DNA from: Vezdaea acicularis
Taxonomy: Eukaryota
DNA: 53,248 nt
Direction: 5' to 3'
NCBI GenBank assembly: GCA_026025075.1
Contig: JAPEUI010000105.1
Coordinates: forward strand, 1-53,248
Under the pieces are notes generated by a model. That model saw only the letters and a program-made list of their open reading frames with translations. It did no database searches and was not told the origin of the DNA. Shown here piece by piece: positions 26,119 to 36,891 of the stretch (position 1 is the stretch's first letter; each line of letters starts with the position of its first letter). A program made the position numbers and the translations under genes.

Positions 26119-27949
26119 ATGGCCCCATCAGCAGTGGACGCAAATGCGCCAGGCGCCGTGGAGTTAGAAAAGATTAGCATGCCCCCCACTGGGGTCGTCT
26201 TGCCCCCTAAAGATATAAGATGTCCGTCCTGCCCCGTTCATGGTTCGTTGACTTTATACTCATGGTTTTGTAGCTATTCTTGAGAAGACCGCAGGCTACG
26301 TAGCTCGGAACGGTGCGGTTTTCGAAGGTTGGTGAAACCTAAGCATAAGTCTTAGGAATTCTCTAATACATATAGACCGTATTCGTGAGAAAGAAAAGCA
26401 TGATCCGCGCTTCTCTTTCCTCTCTGCCAATGATGCTTACCACGCCTTCTACCAATGGCGACTCTCCGAGATTCGCAGTGGCCGTGGAACGCTCATATCA
26501 GCTGGACGAGCGGGAGAAGCTGCTTCAACAATCGTTGAGCCAGCTAAACCAGCTGGTCCTCCCGAGCCTCCAGAGTTCCGGTTCTCGGCGCGAATGCCGA
26601 ATATCGATGGTGGAGACCTTGACATTGTTAGAGTGACGGCCCTTTTTGTTGCCAAGAATGGACGGAGCTTCCTCACAACTCTTTCGCAGAGGGAGAACCG
26701 GAATTTTCAGTTTGACTTTCTTCGACCAAATCATAGTTTGCATCAGTTCTTTTTGAGGTTGGTGGATCAGTATACAGAACTTTTGCGTTCAGGGCCACCA
26801 GAGAGTAGCGCGAGTAAGGCGGAACAATTACGGATACAGGAACTACAGCATAACCTTTCGGACAAGTTCCACGTTCTAACACGTGCTAAGGGTCGTGCTG
26901 AATGGGCTAAATATCAAAATGCGCAGAAGGTAGCAAAGGAAGAAGCCGAAGAGCAAGAGAAACGTTTGTCTCCATCTGTGCCCCTTTTCTAGATTCGATA
27001 CTGACCTTAGTCACAATTGCAGTAAATTATGCACAAATTGACTGGCACGACTTCGTCGTTGTCGAAACGGTTCTCTTTACTCCTGCTGACGACGGCGCGG
27101 ACCTACCTCCTCCTACAACCCTCAACGATCTGCAATCAGCCTCTCTAGAGCAGAAAGCTGCAATGTCGCTGCAGCCTGCCAACATGCGTATCGAGGAAGG
27201 GTTCCCCTCGTTCGATGATATACCCTACTACCCTCCTGCGCAAACCCAACAACATTCCATCTCGCCACAACCACCCCCACAAACTTACGCGACTCCAACT
27301 ACCCCCGCTTTCTCTCCGCCAATGCCGACGCCACATCAAGATACGTTTATGCGCACTAATGAGGATGATGAGGAGACACGGCTCATCGCTGAGCGCACGG
27401 CGCAACGTAACGCAGCCCAAGCTGCACAAGCCGATGCCAAGGGCAACAGCCTTCCAATGAAGATCAGGACAGACTACGTACCGCGAGCTGCGGCTCAGGC
27501 AGCTAGCAGGAGAGCTCCACAGACCGTACTATGTCCGAATTGCAAGCAGCAAATAGCAGTAAATGAGTATGAATCGCATGCACGAATCGAACTGCTAGAT
27601 CCACGGTGGAAGAACCAGAACAGCCTGGCGCAATCACGAGTAAGAGTACCCCAGCGAGGACTACCAAACCGAAAGCTAAAACATACAGGCACTCTCTACA
27701 AATCTTGCGACTGCGTCCGCTGTCTCTAACCTGAAACGACTTGCTTCGTCACGTTCAGATCTTTTTGATGGTGCGACTGGTGCTCCAGTCACGGAGGAAG
27801 AAATGGAGCGAAGGAAAAGGGCTGCGCTGAACAGCTACGATGGGCAGGCTGCAGGGAGGGCGCAGGGCCATGGTAACCAAGGCCAGGGTCAGCAAGGGAA
27901 GACAATACAGGAACAGATTAAGAGCATCCACGAGAAGGCGAAGCGGTAA
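26119..27949 (+). CDS. PRP21: Splicing factor 3A subunit 1 (Prp21/Sap114), two SURP domains, 540 aa
   Basis: Exons 26119-26221, 26274-26327, 26376-26963, 27023-27639, 27689-27949. Motifs LPPKDIRSILEKTAGYVARNG, DIVRVTALFVAKNG, QFDFLRPNHSL, YAQIDWHDFVVVETV, RIELLDPRWK. Confidence 0.95.
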
Positions 27950-28814
27950 TCGGCACGGAAAGCATTGAGGGCGTTCTCTTGCATTGTATCATAATGGAAC
28001 TCTTGGAAGGCGACTTGGGCAAAGTCTAACCAGGTTTGCCGTCTGGCATGTGTATAGTAGAAGATAGCTATGATATTTCAACGAAGGAACGCTTTTCAGC
28101 GGATCCATCACCGCAAATGACTGAGACAGGCAACGCGTGCGTAGTATTTCACTTCGGTAATGAACATTTTATAGGTGCTTAGATATACAGTGGGGGGGCA
28201 AAAGTCTGAATACACCTTGGCCTCGCTTCACGCGCCGAAGTGTATTCAGACTTCTGACCTCCCACTGTATCAGCATTCTGTACTGTCTCCAAAAGATGTC
28301 TGCAGTATGCTACTAGCGTCACGTTCTAGATTCATGCTGGCAAGATTCTGCATTGTTTATGGACTAAGATTGGTGATGCACCCAGGCTCACGCCATGGTC
28401 TGAATATCAAACCATAAACGGTATGACACGGATAACCTTTCGTCCTATGATGACCCACGGCACCACTATTTGGCGGTTAGTCGTGTTTCGCCGCAGTCTT
28501 TCGTGACCGTAAGGCCGCAACTGTATTGGGAAACACCTGTCTGCGGAGCAAGCTCAATGTGAACTTGAGGTCATGATATGGGTATATGCGGCCACAAATT
28601 TAGAGACTAAGGTCATCCAGGTTCAACATATCATTGAACCCCAAAACTTAGACAGAACGGACTAAAGGAAGTTTTATGCGCAGGACATGCACATATCATG
28701 AAATTGAAGAAGGAAAATATATTCGGACCATAGTTGTTGATGTCAGCAACCTTGAGCTCAAGCTTCGCGCATACCCCCTTGCGTCTATTCGATTGCCACA
28801 GCCTCCGCCGTTGA

Positions 28815-31224
28815 CTATTTCTTAACTTCTCCTTTATCCTCCACATTCTTCCTATCCGGTATGCTTAAAGCCCCGATATTGCCTATCCATTTAGCTCCTA
28901 AAGCTCTAATAGCCACCCGGTCCTCTTCGTCAATCTGCACTTTCCTCACTTTGTCCTTCAGGTATCTTAGACGTTCTACAGATTCTTCTCCTACCAAAGG
29001 ATCTTTAAAGCCTTCCTGCTCCTTCACTCCTGCCTCGAAAGACTTTAATAGTCGAGGCGCAAAGCGTCCCGTTGCGTACACAATACCAGGTCCTAGCACC
29101 CCATGGATGATCACACACAGCTTCAAGAACAGCCTTGGTGAGTCATTGTCTCGATACATGCTGTTGGCGAGAGACTGCAGATGAGCAACTTTGTATCGCT
29201 CGAGTAGATCCTGGCTTGGTTCGGAATTCACCAAATGCGCACGCCGGCTAAAAGCTGCGAGCGCGGATTTGAGGGGGTTAAACAATTCAAATACGGGAGT
29301 GTCGGTTTGACGAGTCGACTTGATCTCGTCGAGTTCGCTTTCCAATTGATCCACTGACCGCGTCATTAGTTTCCCCCCCAGCAGCTCCTTTGCTTCTGCC
29401 TTCTTTAGAGCCTCCGGAATCACGCCCTCCACCATATGATCAAGCGTTAGCCTTGCAATGTCTATACGGAGCTTCTCATCTAGCAAAGAGAGATACCCAG
29501 CTTCATAGAGGTGGACCTTCATAAGTACCGACTCTGTCCACAGTGCGCTGAGCGTCTCGAGCTGCTGCTGAGTACGGTTCTTTGATTCCGAGGTAAACAT
29601 CGTTGTGATACGGTGGCGTAGAGATGGGGTGAGAAGAGACGCAATGAGAGCGGGGCTGAGCTCTGGGTAGCTCGCTTCTGCAGAAGAGAGGATGTCAGGC
29701 CAAGATATCTTGGGCGCAGAAGTAGATGACTTGGAGAAACTGGCTGTAGATGCCTGCGCCGAAGCGATTGCCAAGAGGCGCTCTTCGAACGTTGTGAGGA
29801 AGGCACCGGTCACGATATGATCTTTGACCGGAGTTATTTCCGTCTCCAAATTAGAGTCGGGCATTTCATCGTTAATCCTAGAGGCAATCTGGAGAGTGAT
29901 TGAGGCAAGGTCTTGGATAGGTATATCAGAATTTATCTTTGATGCGTTAGAAAACAGAGCTTATCAGTCATATTTGCAAGGTATGAACGAACCTCAACGT
30001 TTACCACCCCATGGCTTCGAAGAACCCTCGTTGCATACTTAGTCAGTCTTTCCAACGTACTCGTTGAAACGGCACCGCATGGTAGAAGACTGGCACGCCC
30101 TGCGAGTCTCTCTGAGATGAGCGCCTTGGGATCTTTGAGATTTCGATCAATATCCGTTAGCCTTTTATATTCCACGTACTCCAGATTTTCAATCTTGAGG
30201 TTTTCAACAACTTCGTCGCGTAGGATGATTAGGTAGGAGTATGGGATAAATACGAGGTGACCCGAATTTACTTCTAGATTTCCATTGGCCTTTTCATCTT
30301 TCCAGCCTCGGATGACACCTCGAATGATATCTTCGATGAGGGCTAAGGGCGGCGAACCTTGCAAGGTTTCAGGCAATATCTTCTCGGGTCTACGCTATGT
30401 GTAAGTGAGGCCTGTCAGCAAGTTACATCTCTCGCGGCATACTAACTCGGTAGCGCTTGTTAACCTCTTCTCCAATATAGATGCCAAGTCCTCTTTATAT
30501 TTAATTGTAAATAAGTAATTTCTAAGCGAGCTTTTTGAATTACAGAGGAAAGTCCATAGATCGCCAGCTTCTGTCTCTTGTAACGCGTCGTTGTATTCTG
30601 ATACGATTCGATCCAGGGCTCTTTCTGAGATTCGATGCTTGTTACAGAACTGGTCCTTGAGAATTACTGAATGTATAGCGCTAATACGAAGACCGTCTAC
30701 TATTGCCGAATAACCTGGTCTACCCATTTCGTAAATGAGGCGATTCTTGAGGCCTGACTTGAGGGCGACCTGGAGGGTATGGGATGTCTAACCTTGTGAC
30801 CAGGATACCACCATCGTCCAGTATCCAACCAGATCTCGTAGTATGGAATGGTAAAAGCCGAAGCACAGCAGCGCTCTCAATATTCAATTCATTTGCAATC
30901 TCGGAAACTTTTACGGTGTGCGGGACGGGGGCGCTGTGATCTATTGATTCAAAGTTAGATCCCAAGATGTTTTTAACTCAACACTGCCGCACATAACGCA
31001 CCTGACCCGATTGCTCTCCTTATATAGCTTCTCGCATACTGTGGATTGAGGAAGCCGGCTTTTGATTGGAGTAGAAGCAGCGATTCTGCTTCGGAGTCGA
31101 TCGATAGGTTGAAGGGGGGGATGATATCCAAGAGCCATTTCATGTCCTTTTCCGAGAACATAGGACGATTCTTGTCTGGCGTAATGGTCTGCATGACCAT
31201 GCCCGTAAGTCGAGCGAATGCCAT
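28815..31224 (-). CDS. Divergent UFL1-like protein (E3 UFM1-protein ligase 1 fold), 702 aa from ATG 31161 or 723 aa from ATG 31224
   Basis: Five ORF-track fragments join in frame via GT-AG introns: exons 31224(or 31161)-31002, 30940-30793, 30719-30443, 30394-29993, 29936-28815. Winged-helix-like repeats (VKVSEIANELNIE, HLVFIPYSY, LEYVEYKRL) and the C-terminal DSPRLFLKLCVIIH..GIVYATGRFAPRLLKSF resemble UFL1. The gene model is solid; the family call is by-eye recognition. Confidence 0.75.
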
Positions 31225-31906
31225 GCCGAAGTAGTAAGCATCTCTCGAAAGTAGGGAAGTAATCTCAATCCACTGTGTTGACGGGTCTTGAAAGTTTGAC
31301 GAAGTAAGACCGAAGTAGACCGATTTTCACCGCCTAGATATGACAGGGGCCAAGCTAAAGGATTAGCGAGCAGTCCATTACGGCGGCTGGCAACAAGAAG
31401 ATTATACTCGGAGTGAGCTGCTACCAAATTCATTTCAGGTCAAGCTCCTTTCCCTGTTATGAACCCTAAGCCTGCGAGAAGACTGCGATAGAACCCTAGC
31501 TGCTGCTCGTAGAAGTCTCAAAGGCGATTGCACTCGCCAAATTCACTAAGCCCAGTTTTGGGCCTTCATCATGACTTAGCCCAAAACCGATGCAAGGCGT
31601 GGTAACGTCATTGGATCGATTGGCCACCAAACGTGGTCTAACGGCACGTTGAAGCTCCACTGTGGTGACGGCTTTAAGTTATGTTCTCTCGATTTTAATT
31701 GGCGCAACCTTCTGCCTCCGAGAACGGTTATACTTGCTCACGCAATAGCGAAATCCAATTGTATTAACAATACAAACCTTTCCTACATAACCTTCCATGG
31801 TTCCGCTTTCGGTCCTAGCTACTATCAATTGGCTATTGTTTCTTTCAAAAGAACAATCAGTTGCGCTCCTTCAATCGCTGTATTGGGCTTATTTCTTTTT
31901 AAAATA

Positions 31907-34109
31907 ATGGCCTCCCAAACAGTCTTGCAGGGAGCTGTGAAGAATGACACGCCCAGCTCTTCACGTTTGCATTCGCCAAATGGCTCGAGGTCCATGTTCC
32001 ATCGAGATATGAGGAGACCCTGGCCAAAAAAAGCTTGCAACACTCACCCAGCGTCTCAACAGCCCACCCATGAAAAGTCCAATAGACCTTTCAGCACGCT
32101 AACGTGGCGAGGAGACTGGTGGAGAGTTAAGCTCTTCAGAGGCATGTGGAACGATATCAGGAGAAGAGCACCATTTTATTTGAGCGACTGGAAGGATGCT
32201 TGGGATTACCGCGTGGTACCAGCAACTGTCTACATGTATTTTGCGAAGTAAGTGCAAATAAGATAATACGTGAAGACGGTCACCTGAGATTCGAAACAGT
32301 ATCCTTCCAGCTCTGGCATTTTCACTCGACATGTATGTAAATCAAACATTTCTCAATGACTCAAACAAAACGAGGGACTGCAACTGATTGCGGTTAGGTT
32401 CGCCAAGACTTCCATGTCCTACGGCGTCAATGAGGTCTTGCTAGCCTCTGTTCTGGGTGCGGTTGTATTCTCTCTTTTGGCTGCACAGCCTCTAGTTATC
32501 GTTGGAGTAACCGGTAGGCCCTAATTGTCTGAAGAATCGAATTGGACCCGAGGAGTACTTATGACCCTCTTTAGGCCCTATCACGGTCTTCAATTAGTAC
32601 GCTAGAAATATGTGCTATAAGCGCATGCCCAATTGACGGGTTTATAGTACGGTTTTCGATATCATGAAATCAACGAGGACGAACTATTTTGCATTCATGT
32701 GCTGGATAGGACTGTGCGGCCTACGTCTTTCGTAAATGAATAAGCGCTAACGAATGGAGCAGGTGGTCTATGGTCATACATTGGATTCTAGCCATCACTA
32801 ACGCCTGTAATGGGCTTAAATACATCACACGGTTTTCATGCGACATTTTCGGCTTCTATGTCGCCTTCATCTACCTTCAGAAGGGAATCCAGGTTCTGAC
32901 TCGCCAATGGGAAGGCTCCAGTGAGATTTCTGCCTATTTATCAATTGTGACGGCTTTGCTGGTCTTAATATTCGCCTACGCATGTGGAATCATTGGTGAA
33001 AGCGCTTTATTTCAACGTTATCTAAGGGGCTTCATCAAGGATTATGGGACACCCTTGACGATTATATTCTTTTCCGGGTTTGTTCATATTGGTAGAATGA
33101 AAAGTGTCGATCTAGAGACTTTGCCCACGAGCAAGAGCTTCTTACCTACCCAAGATCGCAGTTGGCTGATTCACTTCTGGAAGATACCTGTGTCAGATAT
33201 CTTTCTGGCTCTACCTTTCGCTGTCCTATTGACAATTCTATTTTACTTCGACCACAATGGTAAGACCTTGATTGTGTAAGTAAATCGACTGCTGATCGTC
33301 AAGCAGTTTCCTCCCTTATTGCTCAGGGTACAGAGTTTCCGCTCAGAAAGCCTGCCGGCTTTCACTGGGACTTGTTCCTCCTTGGCGTCACCACTGGCAT
33401 TGCTGGTCTTCTGGGCATTCCTTTCCCGAACGGTCTCATACCACAAGCGCCATTCCACACACAGTCTCTCTGTGTCACTAGGCAAGTCGCAGACGAAGAT
33501 GAGGCCAATAAAGGCAAAATATCGACGGTAGTTGATCATGTTGTCGAGCAGCGTGTCTCAAACCTTGCGCAAGGTTTATTAACACTAGGCACTATGAGCG
33601 GACCTCTGCTTGTTGTGCTCCATTTGATTCCTCAAGGTGTTTTGGCCGGCCTCTTCTTTACTATGGGACTTCAGGCGCTGGGAGGCAACGGAATTACTTT
33701 GAAAATACTTTTCTTAGCCCAGGATCGTCACCTTACATCTCAAAAGGACCCTCTGAAACGCCTCAAAAGACGCGCAGCCATCTGGTCCTTCGTTGCACTG
33801 GCACTCACCGGGTTTGGTGCCACCTTCGCAATCACCCAGACGATAGCTGCTGTGGGCTTCCCAGTAATCATTCTGCTTCTAATACCAATACGTACCATCT
33901 TGTTACCAAAATACTTTACTGCAGAAGAGCTTTCCATTCTAGACGCCCCTACGGCCTCGCCTTTCACCATGGAAAGCGTTGGTGGCAACTTTGGTCAAGA
34001 GTCCAGCTTGACTGAAATCTCAATGCCTTCTGCTTCGAGGAGAGAAGGAGGTGAAGCTATAGTCGAAGATGAGATCGAAAGAGGAGAGGGGCTGGGTACC
34101 AAATATTAA
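31907..34109 (+). CDS. BOR1: SLC4/HCO3- transporter family borate transporter, 625 aa
   Basis: Exons 31907-32247, 32300-32332, 32398-32513, 32575-32596, 32648-32713, 32763-33259, 33307-34109. Motifs DIRRRAPFYLSDW, YFANILPALAFSLDM, AQPLVIVGVTGPI, YFDHNVSSLIAQ, NGLIPQAPFH, EQRVSN. Confidence 0.95.
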
Positions 34110-34766
34110 GGTCCAAGCGAGAATAGATCAGCTGGAGAGAATATGGAAACGCGAAGGCCGACAAACGTATCTCAGAGAAGCAAGAGCCGTAATCTTTAAA
34201 GGTTCAGGGAATAGCGCTGGCAGTTTACCTGCGTAATTGTCTGGATGGTCCAGTCCTTTGAGGTATCCGAGGCTTCGTCGAAGTACTGTACTGCATTTTT
34301 CGATATTTGGGCGAAAATGGCGGAGCAATATCTCAGTGCCCGCCAAAACCCATGCAAGGCAGGGAAAAGCGCAACTCACCCATTTCAGACGGTCGCTTAC
34401 AGCTGTCTCTCCCGGTATCTCGATAATTTTTTCTTATCTGTCGAAGGGACCGTGCATTCGAAAAGCCGAGTACTAGTGTTTCTGTTTCGTCATTGATCTA
34501 ATGCCTTAGAGTGGTCTAAATCTCGCTAGTTGACACATTTGTAACTGGGGTCTTTTGCGCGCTTTTATTGCCTAGATTGAAATCAACATTACAGTGGAAC
34601 GAGCTCGGAGGCCCTTCGTCTCTCGCTTTTAAGGTCATGCATTCGCACAAGAGATTCAATTTCATATTCTCTATAAGCCTTTACACGGTTGCTCATGCTG
34701 CGTATCGATTTTTTGCCGTGATGCGCTGATTTCTCGTTCTCATTGGATGTCCTTAATGGTGGCGCA

Positions 34767-36742
34767 ATGCTCTATCCTGTCTTGCTTCTCGTCTTAGCTT
34801 TCATTTTCACATGCTTTCCGCAAGTAAGAGCTCGGGAAAAAGTCGACCCCTCATTCCTTCTTGGTAGTCTGCCAGAAAGTAGTGGAACAGACGAAGGGGA
34901 GGACGACAGAAGCAAATACTTGAAAGGCAGCCTGGTAGATTCACAATATGGTAGCGACGAAAATGAAGATATCATCTGCTTTGGCGAGCTTCCAACGCGG
35001 CCAAGCTTCTATGCGGAGGGTTATAGTCGTACTGACTGGGACGGCAAGCCCCAGCGTCTTTGTGCGTTCAATGGAGGCAACTTGATTCAGGGGAACATGC
35101 ATCTTCGATGTAAGGACAAGGTGCTAACCGTCACACCAGATGACCCCGACTTCGTTCCTTTCATCGAGGATGCTGTTTTCTTGGTTTATTGCTTTCTAAC
35201 GTGCTTTTGTAAAGGAGGCGATACGCCGCCTAGGGAGGGTCAGTGGGGCTCGATACTACCAAGGTGGTTGGCGATGGTTGAGCAAGGAGAGACCTTTCTG
35301 GGCTCCGTCAACGATGAAGGAAAAACATCCATAACTGTCCTCAGCTCGCCATCCAATCTACCGGCTAGCCCTGTTGATGTCGGACCATCCACTCCAACTC
35401 CGGAGCTAGACTCAGATGAAGCTGGACCATCCACTCCAACTCCGGAGCTAGACTCAGATGAAGCTGGACCATCTACTATACGACCAGTCTTGGACGAAGC
35501 TCTAGTAGAAGAACTTGATCTAGGTAGCGATTTTGAGTACGTTACTGTCCCTGGATATATGAATGTTGGGTGGATTGTGAATGCCCAGGGACAGGAGGTG
35601 GGCATCTGGGACGCCTTAGAGGGCACTACGTCAGTGGACTGGTGGGCTACCCCTGTCGTTGATGAGCTTCAACAACTCCCCACGCCAGAGGCGGCATCAC
35701 TAAGTCCCCTTTCTGGACCGTTGTCAATATATTGGACGAATCCTGGTGATCCAACTCGAGGCTGGATATATGACGGCCAGAACCGACCTGTTGGATGGTG
35801 GAACTCTGACCATGACGGAGAAGTCCATACGATGATGTTTCCGGAATGGGCGAATAACCCTTTGACGCCAGAGGTCGTGTCGGCCTCCTCAACTACAAGT
35901 AGCAACTCGACCATATCCTCATCTTCGTCGCAAGATATCAAACTGAGGGGCATGCATTTCTCGACGCTACCTATCCCCACTCTGAAAAAACCTCAAGGCT
36001 GGGTCGTCAACGCCGACGGTGAGGTGCTAGGAGGTAAGTCCACCTCAATTTCTGAGCCCCAAAAAGCCTCCAACTGAACTCACGACTAGTCTGGTTTGAT
36101 GGCGATGACGGCAAACGTACCTGTGATTTCTCCCCTCGCAGCATGATCAATCTGGACAGCTGCCCTGTCATGGTGTCCGGTTGTGACGTGACTCAAGAAG
36201 GACAGTGCTCCCGGACAGACTCTGGGGTCACTACTCGGGTCCCACAAGCTACGCCCAGGCGCCGCCAGCGCTATCGCCCCAAAGCTGGCGAAGCTCAGCC
36301 CGCAGCCGTGCGAAAGGCGCCGGACCAGGCAAGGGAGACACCTTATCTACCACCTAGACAAAGATATAACCCACAGAAATGCCAACGACAGTGTAGCAGC
36401 TTCGACTCAGGGGCTTGTGGGGGAGGTTGTGAGTGTAGGAGCGTGCCGGATCGACGGAACGGGCCAAATTTGTGGCTGGGGACTTGTATGGCTGTCGTGG
36501 TAGGGCGGGCGAGGAAGAGCGGGTTATTGCAGTTCGGTGCAGGTGGAAATCTTGCAGGAAGTTTCGGCAATTCGTTGGGTAAGAGGGGTTGGGACTGGAG
36601 CCGAGGGGAGGAGGAGGACTGGCCATGTCCTTGTAACGAGACTTACGTCAGTCATGCTTGTTGCGGGGCAAGAAATGGCATGGTGTGGGAGGGGAGGGGG
36701 GGATACTTGGGGGGATTGAGTGGGAGAGGTGTCGCTATATAA
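34767..36742 (+). CDS. Secreted multi-module Cys-rich protein A, 639 aa
   Basis: Exons 34767-36033 and 36090-36742 (GTAAGT..TAG intron) join in frame. Signal peptide MLYPVLLLVLAFIFTCFPQVRA; C-terminal KR..CPCNETYVSHACCGARNGMVWE. Confidence 0.8.
35382..35477 (+). repeat. Perfect 42-bp coding tandem repeat (GPSTPTPELDSDEA x2 plus partial)
   Basis: ggaccatccactccaactccggagctagactcagatgaagct at 35382 and 35424; partial ggaccatctact at 35466. Confidence 0.95.
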
Positions 36743-36891
36743 AGATAGGGGACTTGCATGTGAAGGAGTTCCTAGGTTCACTGGGTTGCATAAGTTAGTA
36801 CCGTCAGTTAGCGGTACTGCATTCCGAGCCCGATGGTTTCACAGAGCGTATATGCGACGACTGCATGTCTTTCAAGATACATTATAGGTCT

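Noticed and set aside
26170..26186. AAGATTAGCATGCCCC resembles the U6 snRNA catalytic core
   Set aside because: It lies inside PRP21 coding exon 1 and lacks the ACAGAGA box and the downstream internal stem-loop.
28440..28560. Box C-like ATGATGA in the PRP21/UFL1-like intergenic region (possible C/D snoRNA)
   Set aside because: No box D (CTGA) at a suitable distance, and no terminal stem or recognisable rRNA guide.
31461..31500. Two AACCCTA telo-box-like motifs in the UFL1-like/BOR1 promoter
   Set aside because: Only two short copies; not a telomeric array and too weak to call a regulatory site.
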